The notes under the pieces were generated by a model. It was given only the letters and a program-made list of their open reading frames with translations. It made no database searches and was not told where the DNA came from. 64,000 nt of DNA from Camelus dromedarius. Lineage: Eukaryota. The DNA is taken from NCBI RefSeq assembly GCF_036321535.1, contig NC_087437.1, positions 108,316,001-108,380,000 on the forward strand. Direction: 5' to 3'. Shown piece by piece: positions 12,760-25,952 of this stretch; position 1 is the stretch's first letter; every line of letters begins with the position of its first letter. Both the position numbers and the translations under genes were made by a program.

Positions 12760-13560
12760 AGAGAGAAAGGAAAGGAAAGGAAAGGAAAGGAAAGGAAAGG
12801 AAAGGAAAGGAAAGGAAAGGAGGAAGGAAGGAAGGTAGGTTAAAAGGCCACCTATTTTTTTTTAATTTAAGCATTTGTTTATTAATAAAATTACATTAAA
12901 ATTAAAAGGCAATTAAAAAATGGGAAGATTATCTTCACTATAGAGGCAGACTGTTTTTAATCTATAAAAAATTTTACAAACCTATTTGAAAAGCAAGTAA
13001 GAAACCCCAATACTAAAATGGTAAAATATAATGAATATACAGTTCCTGGAAGTAAAAATTTAAATATTTGATCAATATATTAAAAACTTCCAATTTTACT
13101 TTTGATCAAAAATATGAATTAAAGTAACCGTAGATCAAAAATGATTATAGTCTTTCAAATATTAACACATGATAATAACATCATATTTGGAAGCATATAG
13201 AACAAAAATATTATCATACATAATACACTTTTTTCAAACACTTCTAGTTTTAGAAATTTACTTTAATTATGAATATGAGGTAAGTTTTATACAAAGTGAT
13301 TATCTATTTATTGTTTATGTGAGTGAAACATTGTAAGCAATCTACAAGCTCAAAAATAATGAAATAATTTAAAATCACCTACAAAATCATTACATGAGAG
13401 CAGACCATATAGTCATTGAAACAACATTACAGACGTGTGCATGGAAAAATATTAACTTAAAATGTGCCTAATCCAACAGCATACATAGAATGTTTTTACT
13501 TAGAAATGTATGCATGCAAATATATGTATATCTGCACAAATACACGTACATATTCTAGTG
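12380..13560 (+). mobile_element. Old degraded L1 (L1ME-like) ORF2 3' region, split by a microsatellite
   Basis: aatttagtatatgataaaatggtacttcaaaccactggg, attacattaaaattaaaa, aaatgggaagattatcttc, aaaccccaatactaaaatgg motifs. Confidence 0.55.
12619..12835. repeat. Compound polypurine microsatellite (GAAG)/(GAGAGAAA)n/(GAAA)n/(GGAAA)n
   Basis: 217 consecutive purines on the + strand. Confidence 0.98.
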
Positions 13561-14239
13561 CAAGGCATAAACTGTGGTTTTTGTGTTGTAGAATTCAGGC
13601 TGTATCTTGTGTGCGTGTGTCATTTTTCTGGTGTTTTGCAATTGTTCCACAATGAACACTTATTAATTTTGTCATCAGAAATAAATTCAGTACAGTGCAG
13701 AAAGGTCTATGCTTTGAGGCATTTCCTTGGCCTCTGTCCTCAGGCTAAACTGAAAATGTGAAGGATGTTTGTATTGGCAGATTGAGATCTGAATTGTGCA
13801 CACAAAGGTAGGAAAAGGTGGAAATAATGTTGATCCAAATGTCTTTGTGGGAAAGGGATAAATTGTGGCGTGAGACATGCCTTCAAAGTTAATTAGGTAA
13901 TTATTAGCCTGAAGAAGCAAAAGGTCAAAGTTGCATAGTTTTAGAGATAAAGCTTGAAAGACTCATTAAAAGGAAATGAACACAGGAAGTTCCAGAGCTA
14001 AGCCATGAGTCCCTGGTTCTTATAATTGAAAAGGTCATCTTCTGATCTTTTTAGCTCATGTTTCTCCATCCAAGATGGCGAGGAAGAAAAGTCTGTTACT
14101 GCTTCCCAAAGAGAGACAGGAAAGGTAATGTAGGAGTAAAGAGTTTTAAAATTGACTAATGTTTCCTAATTACATTTAGTGAAAACGTTCAGTTTTCAAA
14201 ATCAAAGAAGCAAAGGCATACGAATTTGAGACTGATTAA

Positions 14240-14600
14240 AAAGGAGATAGCTGTCAAAACCATACTGAATCCTCTGGGTGACTGAAGAATGGTAGGGACG
14301 ATAACAAAAATTAATAATGATAATACTTTTAAAGGAGACAGAAGTGTCAGAGGCAGAGGTCATTTCAAGAGAAGAAATGATGAATGTGGTTTAGTTTGTG
14401 TTGATTAAGAATGTCTGTGAAGAGCTGTCCAAAAGACACCTTAAAATTAGGTTTAGAGGAGATATTAGGGCAGGAAGCTATTCACACCAACCTGCCTACT
14501 GACGGCAATGAGCATGAATAGAAAAAGTGTGGAAAAGAGAAGAAAAGAAAGTCTAGGACAGACTGATCTGAACTTTGGCATACTCTTGGAAACTAATGGA
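14240..14600 (-). mobile_element. L2 LINE remnant
   Basis: Purine-rich L2-like text (gggtgactgaagaatggtag, gaaatgatgaatgtggttt, agctgtccaaaagacac). Confidence 0.4.
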
Positions 14601-15199
14601 TCAAAGACTGGGGAATCCTCGGAGAGCTTCTAGAGACAGAAATGAGGGAAGATAATTGTAGAGACTATAGAGCAGCTTTGAAAAAGCTATTGAAAAAGTA
14701 AACATAAAATGAAGAAAACTATTTTTAAAAAACAGTGAGGACCCATATGAGAGGTTCAGCACAAATTTGCAGAGACCAAATCCAGATAGTTTTAAGGTAA
14801 TAGCTGAAAAACGTATGAAACTCACAAAAAAGGAGCAGATAAAATGTTTTTAAGTTGAGAGATTATCCAGGACTGAATGCTGGTAACTGAAGAGCAGTAA
14901 AATGTCAAGGAGTTTACATGATGTCTTAGAAAAAAGAATAAAATAAACATATTCAAATACTGATGAGTGTGACCTTGAACCCCACATCTTTTTGAGTGTC
15001 ATGTTTCTTTCTATGTAAAATAGAGAGGTGAGTTGTCAGTTTGCACATTTGTTTTGAAAGGTTAATAGAATAAAAATACAGAAAATCTAAATTATGCTAT
15101 AGGACACATGTTATTCAATAAATGTTACTTCCTTTCAAGGATATAGATACTATTCTCAGATTAACTACAAATAATGAAATTGATGAAAACCTCCAATGC

Positions 15200-16510
15200 T
15201 TGTTCATTCGTCCATCCAACAGATACTTTCTGAGAATCCATTGGGTGGCAAAGTATGGTATATTAGGCAAGAAAACAAATGACCCTACACAATCTTCTGG
15301 CAAGGAAAGGCAGGTAATCAATAAGTAAAGACAAATATCACATAGAGAAAAGTACAGTTTGGAGAAATAAAATGAGATAGGTTTATAGAGTGTGCCCTGG
15401 TGATTTAGATTGGATTGTCAGGAATGCTTCTCCAAAGAGGTGTAGGAAGAAGGGATCAACCAACCATATGAAGATTAAGAGGAAGTGTACTCCAAGCAAG
15501 GTCAACAGCCAGATTAAAGACACTAGAAAAGGGATGATCTTGGCATGCCCAAGGAACCCAGAACAGGATTAGTTCAGCTAAGGGTGACCAGTGCATGATG
15601 AGAAAAGTGGTCCCAGAGGAGAGAAGTCAGAGGGTCTGGATCATGTAAGCTTGGTAAGCCACACAAAGATGTATGGCTTTTAGTCCATGTGAAATGGGAC
15701 ATCGTTGGAGTACTATACGCAGCCCTGGATAATAATCTGATTCGCATTTTTACAAGATCCCTCTGGCTACTAGATGAAGAATGAATTATTGATGGGCAAA
15801 AGCAAGAGACAAATCAGGCCATTGTGATCATATTCAGAGGCAAGATGAAAGCTACTTGGACACAAGATGGCAGAAGTAGGGATATAGAGTGGATAAACTG
15901 AAGCTATGTCATTGGGGCAAGCTTAATAGAACCTGCTACCTCATGCACTTGAGGAAAAGAGAAGAGTCAAGGATAATACATGGATTAATGTTGGATAGAA
16001 GTGAGTGCATACCTAGGTGCCAATTAACGTGATCAGAAAGAAGAAAGTTGGGAGGTGGAGAGGAAAGGGTGGATGAGAAGAGAAAAGATGTTAAGAAGAC
16101 AGTTGGATACGCAGAACTTGAGAAATTGGAGGGGAGATTTTAAAACAGTCAGCAACGTAGATGGAATTTCAAACCAGAGGATTAAATGAGATCTCTAAGG
16201 GACCGTGGGTAGAAAGAGGAGAAACAAGATCTCAGCATTCCTCCTGGCACATGCCAACATTTCCAGGTCACACAGAAAAAGAGTCTGTGAAGGAAATGGG
16301 GAGAGGAGAACAAAAAAGGAGAAAGAAACTCAGAAAAGTGTGGAGTCAGGCAAGCCAAGAGGGGAAAGAGTTTCCAGAAGGAAGAAGTGGTCACTCTTGT
16401 CCAATGTTAGAAATAAAATGTCTAAAATAATTTTTTAAATGTGGGTCTATTGAATGTGGCAGCATGGAAATCGTAGATGACCTTGATAAGAATAGTCACT
16501 GTGGAAGTTA
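15200..16510 (-). mobile_element. L2 LINE (L2a/b-like), 3' end at left
   Basis: Starts ttcattcgtccatccaacagatactttctgag (L2 tail reversed); internal tgatttagattggattgtcagg, atctgattcgcatttttacaagatccctctggct, gatgaccttgataagaatagt. Confidence 0.8.
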
Positions 16511-16739
16511 GGGACTTCTCCAAATAAGATTTTTGCATATTTTTATCAAACATTCACATCCTAAGCATTCACCCACTGTATTAAATACCATTAAAAGGGT
16601 AACTTAAAATACTATATTTATTTTATTTATACAATTAACTAAACATAAATTTGCTTAAGTTTTTAAAATGCAATTGCATCTAACTATTTTTTCTTTTATT
16701 TTCTTTTTTGCTTCCCTAGCTTTCACAGAATATCAACTT

Positions 16740-17395
16740 TCCTCTGCCATAAAGTAATTCACAGGGCATCCCAGTAGTTACCTTTCTGTATCTTTTCTGA
16801 GCCTACATAATCCTATTTATGCATATAGATGCATACGAGTATACAGAAATATACAGGAGCTTTTTCTTTGTCTTGAGGGTTTTTTTTTTTTTTTTGCCTA
16901 GGTAGAATCTTACCATAAATACATTCTGAATCTTGCTTACCTAACATTTCACTGAAGCCCTAAGTCAACTGGTATAACTCAAATATGTAATTTTTAATGG
17001 TTACATAATATTCCAGATGTCAATTTGCCATAGTTACTTTAACCATTCCCTTACTGATGGACATTAACTTTGTTTTCAAACACACAATGATTAACAGTGG
17101 CAAAATGCTCTAATACCACATTATTGCAATTCTCTTTATTTGAATTTTCAAGTCTTTTCTACCGTTTTATTTCTATAAAAATATTCTGCTGAACATTTAC
17201 ACATGATTGTATATTTCATATGTCTCTTATTCTTTGATTAGGAAAGATTCTTAGATACAAATTTAACTGGCTAGGAGACAAGAAACTTTTTGAGAAATCT
17301 TGATAAGTAGTGAAAAATTTCTTTGCAGAAGATTGGAAATTTTTATTCCCACAGAGTATATGAGAGTGCCAAGGTCATTGCACCTTGGCAGAAGT
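16740..17395 (-). mobile_element. Old L1 (L1ME-like) 3' region
   Basis: tttttaatggttacataatattcc, ttaaccattcccttactgatggacatt, tttattcccacagagtatatgagagtgcc. Confidence 0.6.
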
Positions 17396-18889
17396 ACTCA
17401 TCTGAATATTACCTAAAGTAGTTATGCGGCCAATAAAGGTAGAAGACATATAATACTAGCAGAGCCCTGGCCAATTTGGACAAAGCAATCTTTGGCTAGG
17501 ATTCTTCTAACCTATTTTTGTGTTGACACGGTTACTTTTAATAAATAAATGTCCAGAAAAGAAACCAAGGCACATGGGCCATAGTTCATTGGATGGCAAC
17601 AAATCCTTGTTGAATAAATTAATTTTTGTCCAAACTATGGGTTTCCGATTTTCTTGCACCTTTCCAATCTGTAACAGGCATTTCCTTTCTAAACACTTAT
17701 AGACTGAAGTAATGTGTGTGAAGGTCAGGTGGAAACAAAGTTGTTGGGTGTCAATTTATAACGTGTTGAACCCAGGAGAAAGACAATTTTGATTCCTACT
17801 TATCATTCTCCTATGGCATGTTTGCCTAAAAGGCATTCGTTTTGTTTTCCAGCTTATACCCTGTATCCTAACCAAAATACAATTTTCCATTACGTCTGTG
17901 AGAGTCTATGAAGAAGGCATGGTTACATGCCTTCCCTGGATGTTGGGCTCAGAATAAAGTTTCAGCCACCAAATCTCCTTAAAAGATAGCACCCTAGATG
18001 AACTCTGCAGAAAAGTTTGTTTTAAAGAGGGTTGTGTGGAGTTAACAGGCATTTATTTAGAAGACAAGATAAACTCTGTTGAGTTAGGCGTTTTGAAATT
18101 TCTGACCATTTTGCAGCCTTTCTTTTCAAAATTGGGAGATCTGGAAGCTCTTCTTTCCTGTGGCAAACACTATTATGCTTTAAAAAAAAAAAAAAAACAG
18201 AACATATTTGCATGGGTAACATAATTCCTTAGTGGAAATAGTTATTTAATAATCACAATCTGGTTTTAGATAATTTCTGCTTTTGAGAAAATGCAATTTA
18301 GTGATCATTAGAGTACTTAGCTCAAGGATAAACCTTAGCATAGTGCATTTAAGTAGACCAGTTGTAAAATCTTTAGGGGATAAATATAATCATGTTCCAG
18401 ACATGCTCACTATGCAGACATAAGGTGATTTTTACATCAATAGATGACATCATGATAGGCCTCATTTAAAAAGAGTAATAATTTAGTGACGACTACATGT
18501 ATTCCCACTATACTATTTGCATTGTACTAATTTAATCTCACCCATTAATTGATGGTGCTGACATTTTAGCCAGTCCGAGCACAAGAAACAGATGACGTAT
18601 GTATGATCTAAATGCATCACATCAAAATGACTACTTGGGTTGTATTCAGAGGAGTTGAAATAATTTAATACTATCCACCATGCCAGAGTCATATTATAAT
18701 AGGCAGCATAGTAGATACCCAAAAAATGTTTTTTGAATGAATAAAGGAAAACATTAATATACCTACAGTTTATAAGCTGCTTTCATTTCTATTTTTCATC
18801 TATCTTTGACAGGTAATGATCTAGGTTTTAAGGATACCAAAAATGGATAAGACATAGTAACTCTTTTCTAAGAACTAGCTTAATTCCAA

Positions 18890-19040
18890 ACTGCGATGCA
18901 GGTATTACAGAGCTGTTTTTACAAGGGCTGAAAAAAGGTTGACTGTGATGAAATGAAGGGCCCAAGTCACAGAATACTAAGTGGGGATCTTAGGGCCAAC
19001 ATCCAGGCATTGAAACTAGATCCAGTATGCTTTGCACCGT
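18890..19040 (-). mobile_element. MIR remnant
   Basis: ggtattac...ttttacaag...gcccaagtcacagaatactaagtgggg. Confidence 0.5.
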
Positions 19041-19399
19041 CTCTAATAGTCTTCCAAATGACTATCTTTTTTTATGTGGCCAGCCCCATCAGACTTAATC
19101 ACAAGCTTAAAAACAGCTTTTTCAGGTGATCTTTCCAATTCATTGGTGATTTGTCCTTTTATCCATTTACATGCATGCATATGTATTTCTGTGTATGTGT
19201 CCCATATGTATACATGTCTATGAATCTGATTCTACTTGATACTAACACAATTGCTTGGAGAGTGAAAAATTCTGCTACCTGTGTGTTTGGTCTATTTGAA
19301 AACAATCAGATTGACCATATTTTGCATTAAATCTGCAAGTTCTTTTGGTGAACATATATAGTGTATGTGGTAACTCTAGGCTGCATAATAAAGCTTACT

Positions 19400-19530
19400 T
19401 TTTTTGAAAGAGACATTTGCATCCAAATAACAGTTTCTTTCAAAGAAGTTCCTATCAAAGGCTATATCATTGCATGCCATGAATAATGCCATTATTCAAA
19501 ATACTAATAAATGTTCTATTTCTAGTTTTC
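19400..19530. mobile_element. MARNA (mariner-like) remnant, left part
   Basis: tttctttcaaagaagttcctatcaaaggctata...aataatgccattattcaaaata resembles the MARNA terminal region. Confidence 0.5.
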
Positions 19531-19574
19531 TTCATAACATCTTACATTTGTAAGTCTCTTGATGTTTTAAAAAC

Positions 19575-19720
19575 TCTTTTATTTAGTTATTATCTCATTT
19601 AGTCCTCACCATATTTTTTTTTTCAGTTTATGGTAAATACAATTACTCAGTTTTGAAAAACTAAGAAATGAAGGATTGGAGAATTTAAGTGACTTGCTCA
19701 AGATCACAAAACTCATAAAA
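19575..19720 (-). mobile_element. MIR SINE
   Basis: tattatctcatttagtcctcacca...gagaatttaagtgacttgctcaagatcaca. Confidence 0.75.
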
Positions 19721-19764
19721 AACACAAACAATGATTTTCTTTTAGGTTTTTAAACTGCAATTTG

Positions 19765-20010
19765 AAGGCACTATATTGTAAAAACTACAAGGATGGGCTT
19801 TAGAACAAGAACAGACTAGGGTTGGAATTTACTTCTCTTTCTTACTGGCTTTTATTCTGTTTGTTTGTTTGTTTGTTTTCTAGGTTTTGGTCTCACCTAT
19901 AAGATGTAGATCATGAGTACAACTTCACAAAATTGTTGTGACAATTGAATGAGATAATACATAGATCCTGGCTGATTATCAGCACTAAATAAACAGTAAG
20001 TTTCATAAAT
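19765..20010 (+). mobile_element. MIR SINE
   Basis: ggatgggctttagaacaagaacagactagggtt...acttcacaaaattgttgtgacaattgaatgagataatacat. Confidence 0.75.
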
Positions 20011-20029
20011 TATGAAAACTGAGATGCTC

Positions 20030-20245
20030 TTTGCAGTAAACTACCCTAAAATCAATCTTAGTGCTTTATAATCATACTATATTTTTTTTCACCAAACTTA
20101 CCTTATTCACTATTTGGAATAAAATCATTTTTGGCTGTTTCAGAAATTAAATTCACTGTTCAAATTATAAAAAAGAGTAATAATATCATCAATGATGACA
20201 TTTAAAAAGAAGACATTAAAAGATCCAAAGGTATTTCATGCAATG
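20030..20245. mobile_element. MARNA remnant, right part
   Basis: accttattcactatttgg...tttttggctgtttcagaaattaaattcac resembles the mariner transposase PYSPDLAPxDFxLF region of MARNA. Confidence 0.55.
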
Positions 20246-20549
20246 ATCCTTTATGTCTTGTTATACTGAGAGAAGGTGAGGAATTATTTTTAATGCTTTT
20301 TAAATTTTCTGATGATTTTATTGACTTTTTAAAATTACTTTTACAATTTAACCTTAGAATAAAAATAAGCTCTTTTCCAATCTTTACAGCTAGAGAAAGT
20401 ATTCATGGTTCTAAGTAAAAGCATGGTGTGGCTATAATTTAAAAGGAAATGATCTTGAAATCATTTCAAGGTGCCTTGTCATATCATGGGATTAACTCTT
20501 AGTTACATCACTTTGTTCAAGTATTTAACCTCCTACGACTTGGCCTTGG

Positions 20550-20695
20550 TAACTCCCTGTCCTGTTTGTGTGCATTTTCTACTCTACTAGACTCCAGCAC
20601 CCAAATAACTAACCCCATGGATCACATTTCCTTTGCTTCTCCCACTGCTCCTGGCACAACACTATCAATTGCTCAATAAACACATGTTAAACAAG
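20550..20695 (+). mobile_element. L2 3' end
   Basis: ctactagact...cctggcac...gctcaataaacacatgtt. Confidence 0.55.
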
Positions 20696-21689
20696 ATTAT
20701 ATAAGTTTAATTTTAAATGTGTCGGAAACATGCCAGATGCCAGAAAAGTAAAAGATCCCATTCATCCAATTAATGTATATACAGTTAAGTCTGATTCCAC
20801 TATAAAACCCATAGGTCAGTGCATATTTATCTCTTTGTAACACAGAGTAGCATTTAAAATAAACAGAGAAAGTTTTTTTTTTAACCATCACCAAGATATG
20901 TACAAAATAAATTTACCGTGGTGGGAGCTTAGATCATTCTGGATAATTGTCACAGGTTTACAAATCCACAGCACAAGAGAAATTTGATATGTATAAGCAG
21001 AAATTTTTAGAAAGTGTAAAATACAGAAGTTTCAGCCCACTTGCACTGAAGTTGTGATTCCCATGCCCCAGAAAGATGCAAAGAAAAAATTACCAAAAAC
21101 TATGGAAGATGAAAAGGACGTTAGGTTGATTTTCTTTTAAGACACTTTCTTTTAAGACACATAGCCGTGTGTCTATGTTGTAGATAGTCACAAACAATAA
21201 AATGTAAAATGAAGAAATAAATGTTTTTATTTTGAGGGCATTGTCAAGCAGTATGATGTTGTTTCCTGAAATTAAATGCTTTCCAAATCTGAAACTTATC
21301 ATTCAAGTGCCCAGTTTTTACTGTCTCATAGCCATTGTGGTGAAAAGCTTTATCAACTGAATTCAACACTTCCATAGACAGTGCTTACCAAACATAAACT
21401 ATCCTTTCATTGATGGCAACAACATAGTAATAAGCATTAACTCTTATACTTGTTTTTCGTATTAAATCACCCCTCTTCCTCTTTGGAATTCAGCCCTTTC
21501 TTCTTGATTTCTTTATGAATGTTCAAATGGAAACCTTTTTCTATTTTCTGTTCCTTTTCTGTTACTGATTGAGAAAAATATGATTATGATTCTTATAATT
21601 GTGACTTAGGTAAAAGTAAGTATATATTAGATAAAGACTTTAGTGAATTTCTCATGGAGTAAAACACATGATTTAAGTATATGAAAAAG

Positions 21690-22550
21690 TTTGTGCCATT
21701 TATTGAGATGTGAAGGGCTAAGTAGGAATAAATTTAGAGAAGGTGACAGTTAATCATTTGGTTTTAGACATTTTTATTCTTTCATATCCAAGGGGAGATG
21801 TTGACTGGGTGGGTTAGTAAATAAATCTTGGACTTAAAAGCTGTGGGATAAGGTGAGATTATCTGGGAGTGGTGTTAGATTTATTTTTTAAAGAGTACTG
21901 AGATTTGATGCCCTCCAACATTGCATCATCAAGGAGAGGAATGGGATACAAATGAAACTGAAAGTTTCATGGAGGTCACTGGGGCTTTGATCAGGGCAGT
22001 TTAGATGGAATTTGGGGGAAAAAGTCTGACTTAAGTAGATTCAAGTAAAAGGGAGAAAAATTAGAGTCAGTGAGTATATATAACACCCATAAGGAAATTT
22101 GTTTTTCAAAGAAATCTGAGAAATGGGTCAATAATTGGACAGAAAAGTAGAACCAATGGAGGATTTTTTAAAAAGATAGGAATGATTCCAGGATGTTTGT
22201 ATATTGATAGAAATGACCCAATAGAGAGAAAATATTGATGATACAGGAAAGAGAGAAAATTATTTTATAGGGAGAGTGAAGAAAGGAAGATATTAAGAAC
22301 CAGTTGTAAGTTTCTGGCTTGTGTAACTTCATGGATAATAGAGATATTTACCAAAACAGGAAACAACGGAAGACAACAGACATGTAAAAAAGATCATGAG
22401 TTCATTTTGGAAAATATTAAGTTGAAGGAACTTTTGAGTCACCTAAGAGTACCAAGTAGGCAGTATGAATCTTAGAAGAGAAATAAGACCTAAAGAGATA
22501 GATTTTAAGTCATCTGCACTGGGTGATAATTAAAGCCAAGAGTAAAGGCA
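21690..22550 (-). mobile_element. L2 LINE fragments
   Basis: gtgccatttattgagatg, catggaggtcactggggctttgatcagggcagtttag, gatcatgagttcattttggaaaatattaagttgaagg. Confidence 0.7.
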
Positions 22551-22704
22551 AAATATTCAATGTCCTCTTAATTATTTGAGATTAGAAGATGTCTTACATC
22601 CATGCACTTATTGCTCCAATTTGATGAATAAGGAACCATATCTTAAGCTCTTGCTTTTAATGCTCAGTACATAGTATTCTTGTATATTTAGGATTTTTAA
22701 ATTC

Positions 22705-22856
22705 TACAAGTAGGCAATGTTAACATTCCTTTATAGATGAGGAAACAAAAGCTCACAGAAATTTGTCTTAGGGCCATACCAAGTCCAAAGCAGTAGAGCT
22801 GCTATTAAACTTAGATCTATCTGGACCAAATGTCTATGCTTTCCTTCCACTCCATG
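22705..22856 (-). mobile_element. MIR SINE
   Basis: ttatagatgaggaaacaaaagctcacagaa...cagtagagctg...tatgctttcc. Confidence 0.75.
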
Positions 22857-22884
22857 ACCTGTGGGAGTTTTTGTTAGCCTTGAA

Positions 22885-23580
22885 TATTTTAGTTACTTCC
22901 TAACTGGTCTCTCAACCTCCCAGAATTTTCTCCTCTGTTCTTGGAGTTCTTAAGCTTTCTTGTGGCTAAGGATCACTTTCGGAGCACTGCACCTCCCAGA
23001 TAAAAATTATAGTAGATAATCTGCATATTTAATAAGCATCCTCCTGTGATTCTGCTGCAGGTGGTCTGTGGATCACGATATGCATCCGAGTCTTTGAGTG
23101 GTGGCTACATTTATCTTCTTAAAGAAAAACTAACTCATGTCACTTGTTTGATTAATAATTCATAAGTACTCCAGGCCCTCTGTGACATGTCCTGGATCTA
23201 CTTTTCAAGCCTAACTCTCTAAACCAGCCACACCATTTGTGTCCCTCTTCCTGGATAACCTCTTTCCCACTCACGCACATTTGCACCTGCCCTTCGCCAC
23301 TGTTAGGCATCCTGTCTCCTCCTGCTCCCTTACCTCCATATTTACTGAAAGCAACTCTAAAGGTATGGTTTAATTCAAGTTTACTTTAGTTAGAAATAAG
23401 ACTTTTTCCTCGTTTCTCTAGTTGTACCTACTGCATGATTTATATCTTGAGTTACCATTTATGTAACTGTCTCACCCAACACATGACTATCGTCATGTTT
23501 CTTTGAATTTCCCACAGCAGTTTCTCAAGCACAAGTACACATTAGGGATGAGCACTATGTGTTGGTGAAATTAGTAAGTA
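22885..23580 (+). mobile_element. L2 3' region, interrupted by MER5
   Basis: ttcctaactggtctctc, taactcatgtcact, ggccctctgtgacatg, tatgtgttggtgaaattagtaa tail. Confidence 0.55.
22943..23080. mobile_element. MER5B-like hAT MITE
   Basis: aatctgcatatttaataagcatcctcctgtgattctgctgcaggtggtctgtggatcac. Confidence 0.65.
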
Positions 23581-24934
23581 AGACGGAGAGTAAGCTACTA
23601 AAGACCTTATTCCAACTAGGAGTTGAGGAGGCAAGTTAAATATTGAAAAGGAGCTTAAGAAAAAATGCATCTACCTCATAATCAGGTTTTATACACACTC
23701 AGCATATAGATATAGATGAATTAGGAAAAGATCTGTCCACTATAAACTAATATTAAAATAAAAATCACAAACAGAAGTTTCCTATGCATTTTCCCCAAGA
23801 GTCATTGTTGCAAATAAGCAATTAAATCAGGTAAAAGTACCAGAGGTAGTACCTGTCAGATCTCCCTTATTACAACCTCATTGGAGACCAAGACTTAAAA
23901 GTAGAATCAAAAAGAGGTATGCAGACAGTGAAGATAAAACCAATAGCTGAAAGCAAGTAGTTACAATCCAAATACAAATGCACATCTTAACAAATTAGTT
24001 TTGCAGAAGAGTTCAGGTTTTCCCACTTCCTTGGCAACTGAAGAAGGTTGTGATATTAACTATTTGGACATCTGCATTTGCGGAATAATCTCTTTCTTTA
24101 AAAACTAGAATAAACACTGCAATATTACTATAATAGGTCTAGAATACGCTATTCCTTAACAAAATGAAATGAAAGTAATGAAATAAAAGTTTTAATATGT
24201 GAATTATCTAGAGTTTAATGGCTAGAAAAGATGAAATCTTTTTCTTTTTTTCTTTTCTTTAGAAGAAAAGTGAAAAGACCTCATTAATGGCAGGAGTTTC
24301 CTGCAGTTTATACAATGTGGGTGTTCTGGGCCCTAGAATCATCACAACTGTCTCTATGCTCTTAGGAGATCTTTATTATTGCTGTTCTTAGGTTGAATTT
24401 GGTTCTTGCTTAAGGACATGTTTTGTTCATAGTCTGTAGAACACAGGCATGAATACCAAGAATTAGCCAAAACAAATTTCAGATGATAAAACATTACTAT
24501 TTCCCCAACTAGAATGGTTTTAAACTGACAAAAGACAAAAGTCAGCCATGCAAAATCAAAATTTAAAAAATATTTGGTATAATTTAATACTGAATGATTC
24601 TAGACATTTCTTTTTCTTTTCTGCCTTTAAAAAAAATCTCCAAACTGGAGTATCTTTCACTACCTAGTAGTCACAACACTCAGTCTGCCACTTTGCAGTA
24701 TGTGCTGAATCTGATTTAAAAGTTGTGGTTGGTTGTTTTCAAATGCTAAGTTTTATTTTAACAAGGTCAGGATTACCTATCCCTTGTCAGGCACATGGGT
24801 ACAGGAAACTACATGTAAGAATTGTTCAACTGTTTAATACATTTCAGTTTGGGTTGTTTTATGTGATACAAGACAAAACGTATCTGAAAATTAGGAAAGA
24901 CAGGCAATAATACAAGAAATACTTGTCTTTAAGC

Positions 24935-25047
24935 TGCTGTGTTTGTCTGTTTAGATTTTTTTGACCTTTTGTTTTTTTTGTATTTTTTTGTCTTTTTGCT
25001 TTTTGGTATTTTTTTGTTTTCTTGTATTTGTCTTGTAGTTGTCTTCT
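24935..25047. repeat. T-rich low-complexity tract
   Basis: Degenerate (TTTTG/TTTTTC)n. Confidence 0.8.
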
Positions 25048-25505
25048 AAAAAGCATCTCCCAATACTTTCTCTCTCTCTTTCAGAAATAAAGGGTAGGAT
25101 GGGTAATTACAAGCAGCTCAATGGCTTATTGATTCTCACAGGGACTCAAAGTTAGCAACAGAAATTTAACATTATTACTGTTTACAAAGTACCGCCTTGG
25201 GGTGAAAATATATTTTCCCATTCACAGACAATGAAAGAATGTATCTAGCATGTCACCATCTATGAAATGTTTGACATCTAAAAGAAATCCTTATCCTCTG
25301 GAAGGGCAGTCCTGGAGAAGATGACAACGTGCGGCAAATTAGACATTCAGATTCATACTCGTATGGAATCTCAACTTGATTTCAGCATTTGCTTTCTCCT
25401 AGATAAATTCCATACACAAAAGTGTTTTTAAAAGTTCATAATAGCTCAGGAATTGCACATGCCAAATGATATATCAAATCAATTGAATTCAATAGGCATG
25501 GGGTT

Positions 25506-25952
25506 TGCAACTTCCTGAGGCTGCTGCAACAAATTAGGACAAAACTCTTACTTAAGACAACATAAATGTCTTTATTCACAGTTCTGGAGGCCAGAAGTCT
25601 GAAATCAGGATGCTGGCAGGACTACACTCCCTGTAGAAGCTCTAATGGAGAATCCTGCCCTGCCTCTTCCAGCTTCTTGCTATTGTCAGCATTCCTTGGC
25701 TTGTGGCCACAGCCTTCTCTGCTCTCTTTGTATCTGCTTCTCCCCTATGCATCTGTCTGCTCCTCTGTGTGCCTTTTAAGAACACTTGTCATTGGATTAG
25801 GGAATACTCAAAAAATTCAAGATGATCTTCTTATCTTGAGATCCTGACCTTAATTGCATTTGCAAAGAACTCTTTTACCAAATAACATTCACAGGTTCAG
25901 GGAATTCAAAAGTGAACATATCTTTTAATGGATCACCATTCAACCCACTATG
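25506..25952 (-). mobile_element. MaLR solo LTR, MLT1B-like
   Basis: ggctgctgcaacaaatta...cacagttctggaggccagaagtctgaaatcagg...cacttgtcattggattagg...accattcaacccacta. Confidence 0.9.

Noticed and set aside
12590..12874. K/E/R-rich and F/L/S-rich ORFs
   Set aside because: Translations of the polypurine microsatellite.
24866..25040. Imperfect inverted repeat (TACAAGACAAA/AATACAAGAAA versus TTTCTTGTATTTGTCTTGTA) as hairpin or MITE
   Set aside because: Short, discontinuous arms in low-complexity A/T-rich sequence; compatible with chance.
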